64,000 nucleotides of DNA, taken from a virus. The stretch lies in IMG/VR virus record IMGVR_UViG_3300033153_010139, positions 32,001 to 96,000 of that record. One strand, given 5' to 3'. The position numbers and the translations under genes were made by a program. Below the pieces are notes generated by a model. It made no database searches, had not been told where the DNA came from, and saw nothing but the letters and a program-made list of their open reading frames with translations. Shown here piece after piece: positions 56,925 through 63,605 of this stretch (its first letter is position 1; each line of letters starts with the position of its first letter).

Positions 56925-57169
56925 GCGACAACATCAACGAGCCGACCTACCCGATCGGTGCCCGAGTGCGCGTGTTCTGGACGTTCGGTGGCGACCCTCT
57001 GCCAGGCGGCTACACAGGCGTAATCGTTCAAGCGCCACGGTGGACGGCGATCGGCTGGGAAGCCTGCGTCCGCCGCGATGATCTGCCGGGGCAGTTCGAC
57101 AAGTGGATCCAGGCGGATCACGTCTCTGCTCTCAGCGCCGTGGAATTGCTCGCGGAGCTGTCGCCATGA
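56921..57169 (+). CDS. Small SH3-like protein with C-terminal tag SAVELLAEL
   Basis: Coupled; GARVRV...YTGVIV pattern. Confidence 0.6.
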   Translation: MSDNINEPTYPIGARVRVFWTFGGDPLPGGYTGVIVQAPRWTAIGWEACVRRDDLPGQFDKWIQADHVSALSAVELLAELSP

Positions 57170-57357
57170 GCTTCAAGCTGGGCGACCCTGTCGAATTCGA
57201 GGACGATCACGGCAACAAGCGCAAAGGCAAGGTCGTGAATCCAGGTCACGGAGAGCCGGAAGGCATCGGCGTCGAGTGGACGGAGATGGCCTACTTCTCA
57301 TCGCACGAGCTGCGGCACGTTTCTGCCGTAGACCGACTCGCGGAGCTGGCGTCGTGA
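57166..57357 (+). CDS. Small SH3-like protein with C-terminal tag SAVDRLAELA
   Basis: Coupled; FKLGD.V...KGKVV...VEW pattern. Confidence 0.65.
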   Translation: MSFKLGDPVEFEDDHGNKRKGKVVNPGHGEPEGIGVEWTEMAYFSSHELRHVSAVDRLAELAS

Positions 57358-57758
57358 TCGTCAACGTCGAGACGGCCGAGGGCAACCGCGAGTTCATCGT
57401 ACCGTCGCAGTGGCACGGTGCGGTGCTCTCACTGCTGGAGACCATCGACAGGTGGGTCATGTCCGGGGTCGGCGAGATGGTCCAACCGCGGCTGATCGAC
57501 AGGGGTGTCAGGTCAATCGCGGTGATCAAGGTACTGCGGACCTACTACGAGATTACGCTCATGGAGGGGAAGCGCTACGTGGACCGCGCGCCGATTACGC
57601 TCCCCCCGCTCCCGCACATCAAGGCGCAGAAGATGCTCATCGAGCTGGAGAGCGTAGGCGCAAAGGCCGAGCTGCCCAGCGCCGTGGATCGCCTGGGAGC
57701 ACTCGCAAAACACGACGCTGACGCGGCACGGGCCATGTCGGCACTGAACGGAGAATGA
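57354..57758 (+). CDS. Ribosomal protein bL12 (L7/L12) C-terminal-domain-like protein with tag SAVDRLGALA
   Basis: IAVIKVLR....ITLMEGKRYVD.AP.......A.KM..ELESVGAKAEL matches the bL12 CTD pattern. Confidence 0.7.
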   Translation: MIVNVETAEGNREFIVPSQWHGAVLSLLETIDRWVMSGVGEMVQPRLIDRGVRSIAVIKVLRTYYEITLMEGKRYVDRAPITLPPLPHIKAQKMLIELESVGAKAELPSAVDRLGALAKHDADAARAMSALNGE

Positions 57759-57759
57759 G

Positions 57760-58176
57760 ATGACGACGCCAGCGAAGTTCTTGAAGAAACCCGACACCGA
57801 TCTAAGCGAGCTGAACGAGGCCGAGCTGCAGAAGCTCGGGAGCGGCCTGGTCAAGCGCACGATCAAGCTCATGTTGGCCGCTTCCGAGGAGCCAGCTGAG
57901 GCATGGGAGGAGCCGGTACTGGAGTTCCTCCGGGCGTGCTCGCACATCGGGCTGAAGCACCCGCACCTGGCCGGCGCCATGTGCGGCATCTTCCAGAAGG
58001 ATGGGCCGCCGCAGGCGCTCGACGCGCTGCTGGGGCTCGCCGAGAAGCACAGGAACGACGACAAGGAGATCGGCGAGTACCTCACGCTGATCCGCAGCGC
58101 GATGAACGAGGGCGGCGAAAAGGCGCTCGCGTTCAAGGCCAAGTGCGACCAGCTGGAGAGTGTTCTACAGGCGTGA
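57760..58176 (+). CDS. Helical hypothetical protein
   Basis: 138 aa, RBS. Confidence 0.6.
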   Translation: MTTPAKFLKKPDTDLSELNEAELQKLGSGLVKRTIKLMLAASEEPAEAWEEPVLEFLRACSHIGLKHPHLAGAMCGIFQKDGPPQALDALLGLAEKHRNDDKEIGEYLTLIRSAMNEGGEKALAFKAKCDQLESVLQA

Positions 58177-58209
58177 TGTGATCGCGGGCCCGGCCCGCGG
58201 GAGGACGTC

Positions 58210-58512
58210 ATGCCTGAACAGCACGACCCGATGTACGCGGCCACGATGGTGGCCAAGTCGCAGCTCCGGCTGGGGCGACTGATGGAAGGCAACGCACCGC
58301 CGGTCCTGATCGAGCGCGAGGAGAAGCTGCTCGCCGATTGGCGGGAGCACCTCAAGCACGCCGTTGCGGTCGCGGCAGACCTGCCGCCGCGCGACAGCCT
58401 GCTCGGGGCACTGGCAGCGGTCGGTGGTGTCGAGACGACGGAAGACGCGCAGCGCATAATGGCCGCCGTCGCGTTTCTGGATGCAGCCTACCCAGACGGA
58501 GCAGCGACATGA
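58210..58512 (+). CDS. Hypothetical protein
   Basis: GGAGG RBS. Confidence 0.55.
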   Translation: MPEQHDPMYAATMVAKSQLRLGRLMEGNAPPVLIEREEKLLADWREHLKHAVAVAADLPPRDSLLGALAAVGGVETTEDAQRIMAAVAFLDAAYPDGAAT

Positions 58513-58724
58513 AGATCAAGAAGATCCTGAGCCAGGCTCGTCGAGACTTCAAGGCCGTCTACGAGTGCGAGCACTGCGGCGCAACGCACGAGGATGTTGG
58601 CTACGACGATCGCCACTTCCACGCGTCCGTCGTGCCCGACATGGCGTGCAAGAAGTGCGGCAAGAAAGCGTCGGGGGACTACGTTGCCAGGGCCACCAAG
58701 TACCCGGATGCGGAGGTCGTGTGA
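58509..58724 (+). CDS. Small zinc-ribbon phage protein
   Basis: MKIKKI.SQ.RRDF.A.YECEHCG...GYDD..FH..V.P.M.C.KCG. Confidence 0.7.
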   Translation: MKIKKILSQARRDFKAVYECEHCGATHEDVGYDDRHFHASVVPDMACKKCGKKASGDYVARATKYPDAEVV

Positions 58725-59185
58725 GCAAGCTCACGCCGCAGCAGATTGTGGAGACCCTGAGCACACCGCTCGGACGGAACTACTTCATCCAAGACGAGAC
58801 GGTGCTCGCCGAGCGCAAGAGGATCCGCGCCAAGTACGAGGAGCTGCAGTCCATACCGATCTGGTGCCCCGGCCGCGGCCCCAAGGGCGAGCACGATGGC
58901 CCGGGAGCGATGCTGACCCCGGGATTCGAGTACGCCTCGATCGAGGCTCGCGCCTGGTGGCTCCAAGAGAACGTGCTGGGGAAGGTGGACGAGGTGGAGG
59001 CCGAGCTTCTGCGCTTCCGCGCGGACGTGACGGGAGAGATGGACGAGATGAAGGCCGAGCTTCTGCACTTTCGCGCAGTCGTCTACCCGTCCACGCGCGA
59101 GCTGTTGAACAAGGCGCGCAGGGAGCGGGACGAGCTGGCCGCCAAGGTCGAGGAGCTGGAGGCAGAGCTGCGGGAGGCGCAGTGA
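58721..59185 (+). CDS. Hypothetical coiled-coil protein with an 18-aa tandem duplication
   Basis: VDEVEAELLRFRA / MDEMKAELLHFRA. Confidence 0.55.
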   Translation: MSKLTPQQIVETLSTPLGRNYFIQDETVLAERKRIRAKYEELQSIPIWCPGRGPKGEHDGPGAMLTPGFEYASIEARAWWLQENVLGKVDEVEAELLRFRADVTGEMDEMKAELLHFRAVVYPSTRELLNKARRERDELAAKVEELEAELREAQ

Positions 59186-59400
59186 CCGACGTCTGGTGCG
59201 TGCGGCACCGCAACGGCTGGTGCGCGACCTACGCCGGCCGTCGGCCGAGCGCCGAAGCCTGGAGCGACCGCACGCGCTGCGGCCACTACGTGCTCCTGCG
59301 TTGGGGTTCTGCGCGCCGGATGCCAGACTGCCAGGACTGCCTGAAGAGGATTCGTGGACGATCGAATGCGGCGCCTGGAGCGCCAAGCCGCGCAAGGTGA
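59182..59400 (+). CDS. Small Cys-rich hypothetical protein
   Basis: GTGA coupling; T.CG...PDC.DC. Confidence 0.45.
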   Translation: MTDVWCVRHRNGWCATYAGRRPSAEAWSDRTRCGHYVLLRWGSARRMPDCQDCLKRIRGRSNAAPGAPSRAR

Positions 59401-60013
59401 CGCTCGGGCGCGTGACCAGCTGGTCGCCGCGCGCCTGCGCACAGGTGATCTGGATCGAGAGCGCGTGAAGCTCGCGGCGCACTTGAGCGATCCGCTCGCG
59501 GAGCAGCTCACCTCGGAGGCGCCGCCGTCGCTCAAGTGCTCGTGCGGTGGCTCTCGCGCGTGCATGAGGTGCGGCGGTACCGGGCGCAGGCCGCTGCCGA
59601 CAGATCTGGTGCCGTTCGCGCGTTCAGCGGAAGTCCCGGGCGACGTCCTGCGCGAGTGGGCGTGCGACTGCGCCGCGCACGTGCTTCCGCTCGTTACCGA
59701 AGATGAGCGCGAGCCGCTGCGCAACCTGATCGCCTCGGCCCGTGCCCTCGACGGCGCTCTGGCGTCCGGCGGGAGGAGCACCCAGCTGCGGGGGAACGTG
59801 CTGAGGCGCGAACCGGCGCCGGCGGACCAGCGCGTCAGCGAGGCTGTGCAGCTCCTGGTCAACGCGGCGGTGTTCCAGCGCAACCTGCAGCCGCCGCATC
59901 GCTGGCGTACGGCCTACGCCGGCGTGGTGACCTGCGCCTACCGGGCGGCGGGGAACGGTCGGGACGAGCGAGACTGGCAGCGCCGAGCACTCTCCGGTCG
60001 GCTGCTGGCATAG
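59354..60013 (+). CDS. Hypothetical protein with Zn finger and Imm5-like W.CDCA.HVLP motif
   Basis: GAGG RBS; DRMRRLERQAAQGD N-terminus. Confidence 0.6.
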   Translation: MDDRMRRLERQAAQGDARARDQLVAARLRTGDLDRERVKLAAHLSDPLAEQLTSEAPPSLKCSCGGSRACMRCGGTGRRPLPTDLVPFARSAEVPGDVLREWACDCAAHVLPLVTEDEREPLRNLIASARALDGALASGGRSTQLRGNVLRREPAPADQRVSEAVQLLVNAAVFQRNLQPPHRWRTAYAGVVTCAYRAAGNGRDERDWQRRALSGRLLA

Positions 60014-60041
60014 CCCCTCGGGCTCCAGGGAGCCCCGTGGC
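60014..60041. terminator. Hairpin between convergent genes
   Basis: GGGCTCC-AG-GGAGCCC inverted repeat. Confidence 0.35.
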
Positions 60042-60124
60042 GCGATGATCTGGGGAAACGTGGAGCAGGACGCGCCCCGCCCCGGCCTGGCCGGGCGTCT
60101 CGGTCATCGGACTGCCGCGTCCGC

Positions 60125-60349
60125 TTAGGCGGCGCCTGTCTGCTGGCAGACACCGTCCTGGCAGCACGGGCACAATCCGCGGGCGGTGCACGATCCGCAG
60201 ACGAACACCCACTCGACCTCGGGGTCGATGGCCAGTTCGGGCGAGCTGGCGAGGATCTCCCGCACCCGCTCCTCGAACTCCTCGGGCTGGTATTCTCCAC
60301 AGACTGTGCAAACAGCCGGAACGTACGTGATCTGATCGCTACTACTCAT
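60125..60349 (-). CDS. Small Cys-rich protein (paralogue of the 60717 C-terminal domain)
   Basis: CTVCGE...CGSC...GLCPCC. Confidence 0.6.
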   Translation of the reverse strand: MSSSDQITYVPAVCTVCGEYQPEEFEERVREILASSPELAIDPEVEWVFVCGSCTARGLCPCCQDGVCQQTGAA

Positions 60350-60541
60350 TGGTCCATGTCCTACTCCCAATAGTGCCCCCGGCTGTCGGTAAAAGCAAGG
60401 GTTACGCGTGGTCGGCGGGTCTGGGGAGCCAAACCGCACCCGTGATAGGGGCACCAGGAGTCCCCCAGCGTTCCAGCACAACAGCCGCTAACGCAATGGC
60501 TTACGCCAACCGGCCGTGCGATGTCACGACCTGCGCCAGTG

Positions 60542-60736
60542 TCAGGAATTTCTTGGTAACTCGGCGGCGCGCGCGAGGTTGCCGAGGAGGTCCACGGCGC
60601 TCGGGTCCAGCGCGCGGTGAAGCTCGGAGCCCTCCTCGACGCGGACCCAGTTCGATCGGGACTTGATGGTGCGCTCGTAGATCTCGTTGGAGGCGCGAGT
60701 GATGCGCTCGATCAGGTCAGGATCGGGCGACGTCAT
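60542..60736 (-). CDS. Small protein with tag SAVDLLGNLA
   Basis: 64 aa, coupled to the upstream gene. Confidence 0.55.
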   Translation of the reverse strand: MTSPDPDLIERITRASNEIYERTIKSRSNWVRVEEGSELHRALDPSAVDLLGNLARAAELPRNS

Positions 60737-61199
60737 CGCGGTCGTGCCCGCAGTCTTTCGCTCCGCAGCACGGGCAGAGCCCGAGATCGCCGCACCGACC
60801 GCAGACGGGCTTGAGGAACTTGTCGGGGTCCTCGGCGATGTGCGGCCACATGCGAAGGAACTTGGTCACAGCCGCTTCGGAGCAGGCCGCCGGCTCGCCG
60901 CATACCGAGCACACGAGTTGCGCGCCCAGCTGCCTAGCTTGATCGGCGACGGCCGCGTAATCGGGGTGCTCGTACTGGAAGACGGCCGACACGACTCCTC
61001 CGTCGTTCGTTTTCGTTGCTGCCGTAGCGCCGGTGTGCCGAACACCGCAGCGTTCGCACGTCGGCATTGGCGTCGGGTCCTTACGCAACGGCACGAGGTT
61101 CTGGGTGCTCTCGTACACCAGAATCATCCTGCCGTTGGCAGGCTGGTCCTCACAGAATAGGCACCAGGTCGGCTCGACCACGCTTTGATTGTAGGGCAT
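60717..61199 (-). CDS. Multi-CxxC zinc-binding protein
   Basis: CLFC, CERC, CSVCGE and CGRC...GLCPCC; start MPYNQ assumed. Confidence 0.6.
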   Translation of the reverse strand: MPYNQSVVEPTWCLFCEDQPANGRMILVYESTQNLVPLRKDPTPMPTCERCGVRHTGATAATKTNDGGVVSAVFQYEHPDYAAVADQARQLGAQLVCSVCGEPAACSEAAVTKFLRMWPHIAEDPDKFLKPVCGRCGDLGLCPCCGAKDCGHDRDDVARS

Positions 61200-61228
61200 G
61201 CGGCTGCACCAGGAACACGGACTACGCG

Positions 61229-61570
61229 CTACGCCCCGGCTTTCCAAGTTTCCAGGCTGCGCATCTCGACCGGGCGGCCGTCCGTCTCGGCGCGCGCGAT
61301 GCCGAGCTTCATGCCATCGCTGATGCCGAGGTCGGTGTAGACCGCCGTCAGCTCGGCGCGCTCCCCCCACGCGAGCCCGGCCTCGATGCCGAGCGTCCGC
61401 TCGGCGGGATCGTTGTCGTCCAGCACGCCGGGCTGCGTGTAGAGCAGGTGGGAAGCGTACGGCGCGTCGCCGCGCTTCAGGCAATCCCGCATCGCGGCCC
61501 TGGCGTACGCCTTGTTCTTCGCAACGTCGCCCGCGAACGGGCTCTCGATAAGGACGAGTCTGAAGCTCAT
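61229..61570 (-). CDS. Conserved phage protein, nucleoside deoxyribosyltransferase-like fold
   Basis: V.IESPFAGD...N..YAR....D....G.APYASHLLY...LDD..P.ER..GI..G..W...Y.DLGIS.GM; CAGGAG RBS. Confidence 0.7.
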   Translation of the reverse strand: MSFRLVLIESPFAGDVAKNKAYARAAMRDCLKRGDAPYASHLLYTQPGVLDDNDPAERTLGIEAGLAWGERAELTAVYTDLGISDGMKLGIARAETDGRPVEMRSLETWKAGA

Positions 61571-61654
61571 TCGTTCTCCTGATTTCAGGAACACGGGCGC
61601 CGGCCACGGGCGAGTATGGAAACCCGTGGCCGGCTCTGCCGCATACCGCATTGA

Positions 61655-62067
61655 TGGAGGCGCAGAGAGTCGAACTCTGGTCCCGTAACCGCTCCCTCCC
61701 AGCCTCTACGTGCGTAGTTCGCTGAAGGTCTCACCTACGAGCTGCAGCGAGCACAAAACTCGTAGGCCAGTCACAGAACTTTCTCGTCTCTTCCCCCTGC
61801 GACGCAGGGTTGAGACCAGCCCATCTTGTGGCCCTGCTTCAGCTCCCATGGGCGGGGGGCTGTAGCAGGGGGAGTCCCGTCTTAGACGAGGACGGCCTCG
61901 GTCGAGTCCACCGTCGCCATGAAGACGTCGATGTTGTCGTCCGAGAGCCACTCCGGGGTGCTGTTCGCGTTGGCAAATAGCGTTTTGCCGGTGGTTTTAC
62001 GAGGCCAACCGGCGACCTCGGCACGCAACTGGGGCTTCGCAAGTCCGGTCGATACCGGGCCGCCCCC
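61655..62067 (-). ncRNA. ssrA: tmRNA
   Basis: 5' GGGGGCG..GG.ATCGAC pairs with 3' CGCCTCC-A (G3.U70). T arm CAGAG-TTCGACT-CTCTG. Internal tag ORF starts GCC AAC. CCA is not encoded. Confidence 0.92.
61882..61974 (-). other. tmRNA tag reading frame ANANSTPEWLSDDNIDVFMATVDSTEAVLV*
   Basis: Resume codon GCC follows the A/T-rich segment after pseudoknot 1; ends TAA. Confidence 0.75.
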
Positions 62068-62204
62068 AATGTGGAGTCGTGTTCCTGATTGTCAAAAAGC
62101 GCAAGACGACGAGCAGGGCCGGGTCCGTGGGGAAAAGGTCGGGGATGGTAGGACCCTCCCCTGCTCGCCTCTTTGTTATACCCCCGACGTCGGAGGTGTC
62201 GAGA

Positions 62205-62729
62205 CTAGAGCTTGCTCGCGACCCTGGCGATGACGTCGGCGATGGTGGCTTCGGTCGGTTCGAGGCCGCCGTTCCACGGCTGCGGGAACAAGCAGGCTTC
62301 GCCGCCGGCAGCGAGGAACGACGCGATATGCTCAGGCGAGTCGTCCACGAGCACGCGCGTAGGCTGGGCGAGCAGGTCTTTGCTGGAGGTGAGGTGGATG
62401 TCTCGGAATTGCCGGCCGAACATCTTGTCGAACCACATCTTCTTGCCGGCGTAAGACTGCCACGACCAGCCGGGCTGGGTGACGAACAGTACGCGCCCGA
62501 GCGCCTTGAACCCGTTGTAGAGCTGGTCAAACCACGGGTAGACGTCCAGATCGCGCCAAAACTCCGGCCCGGCCGCGTCGATGACGCGCCAGAACTCGGT
62601 TGGCGTAACGCCGATGTAAGGCTCCAGCCGGTACGAGGTCATGTCCTTGACCTGGAAGTCAGAGCCGTGAGCGAGGAGAGCCCCGCGCATGAAATCGACG
62701 CACACGCCGTCTACGTCGAGCAGGATCAT
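62205..62729 (-). CDS. 5'(3')-deoxyribonucleotidase (NT5C-type HAD)
   Basis: LLDVDGV..DF, FW..L..YP, K..W and LVDDSP. Confidence 0.85.
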   Translation of the reverse strand: MILLDVDGVCVDFMRGALLAHGSDFQVKDMTSYRLEPYIGVTPTEFWRVIDAAGPEFWRDLDVYPWFDQLYNGFKALGRVLFVTQPGWSWQSYAGKKMWFDKMFGRQFRDIHLTSSKDLLAQPTRVLVDDSPEHIASFLAAGGEACLFPQPWNGGLEPTEATIADVIARVASKL

Positions 62730-63082
62730 ACGAGGTCTCCCAGTTTTTCTACGGCCGATGGTTCTGGTTGTACGCGGGTAATGCTGGCGCTAACGTCCAG
62801 TTCAGCGCCGCGGCCGTCGTTCATGGCCTCGGCACGGACGGTCAGCCGTTCGTTCGGTCTCACGCGCGCTTTGGCTATTATCATCGCTTCGCTAACCCAG
62901 GCGCGCCGGATGTAGACGGCGGTCTCGCTACGGACCGTGACGAATGCCGGTTCGGTGGCGTAGATCGCCAACTCCAGGTCAAGGGCGCCTGGCGGCGTCA
63001 CGCACAGCTCACGGGCGGGCTCGCCCGTGAAGATCCGCAGCGCGACCGCTTCGGCGATTATGGAACCGGCAGGCGGTCTCAC
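62726..63082 (-). CDS. Hypothetical protein with C-terminal tag SAVEKLGDLV
   Basis: Coupled on both sides. Confidence 0.55.
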   Translation of the reverse strand: MRPPAGSIIAEAVALRIFTGEPARELCVTPPGALDLELAIYATEPAFVTVRSETAVYIRRAWVSEAMIIAKARVRPNERLTVRAEAMNDGRGAELDVSASITRVQPEPSAVEKLGDLV

Positions 63083-63558
63083 CGGAGCTTGACGTGCGCG
63101 CTGGCCGCTTTCTTCCCGAGCAGATCGGTCTCGGCGAGGATGTGGTAGGTGAAGCCGTGCACGGTGACGGGGATCATCGACCGGAACTTCTCGAAGACGA
63201 CGATGTCGCCTTGCGCGACGCGCAGGGGGATCACGCTACCGTCGCCCTTCATGATGCCTGGGCCCGTGGCAAGCACGGTGCCGGTCATGGTTCGCCACTC
63301 GCCACGCCGTGCCGATTCGGGCAGGATGATCCCCCCGTCGGTCATCTCCTGCACGTCGTCGCGCTTGATGACGATCTTGTTGTCGAAGAGGTCGATAGGG
63401 AAGGGTGTCGTGGTCCAGTCCGGCTCCTCGGGCTTGGCGCCCTTCTTGGCCTCGGGCGCGGGCTCGGCCGGCTCGGCCTTGGGCGCCGGCGAGCCATCGG
63501 GCATGACAATCGAGGTTGGGCTTGGGCCGGGGGTTGGACCGGGGTTTAGTTCAGGCAC
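63079..63558 (-). CDS. groES: Co-chaperonin GroES with Pro-rich N-terminal extension
   Basis: L.DNKIVIK.....T.GGIILPESA...GTVLATGPG...PL.V..GD.V.F.K...ILAETDLLG. Confidence 0.85.
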   Translation of the reverse strand: MPELNPGPTPGPSPTSIVMPDGSPAPKAEPAEPAPEAKKGAKPEEPDWTTTPFPIDLFDNKIVIKRDDVQEMTDGGIILPESARRGEWRTMTGTVLATGPGIMKGDGSVIPLRVAQGDIVVFEKFRSMIPVTVHGFTYHILAETDLLGKKAASAHVKLR

Positions 63559-63605
63559 TGGCTTCTCCTTCTTGTGGCGGGCAGAATACCGAAATGGAGG
63601 GACAG

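Noticed and set aside
58915-58965. GFEYASIEARAW resembling DNA polymerase A motif A
   Set aside because: An isolated short match in a 154-aa coiled-coil protein that lacks the catalytic Asp and all other polymerase motifs.
61655-61690. Stand-alone tRNA
   Set aside because: The T arm and acceptor strand pair with a 5' end about 410 nt away; this is the tmRNA 3' end.
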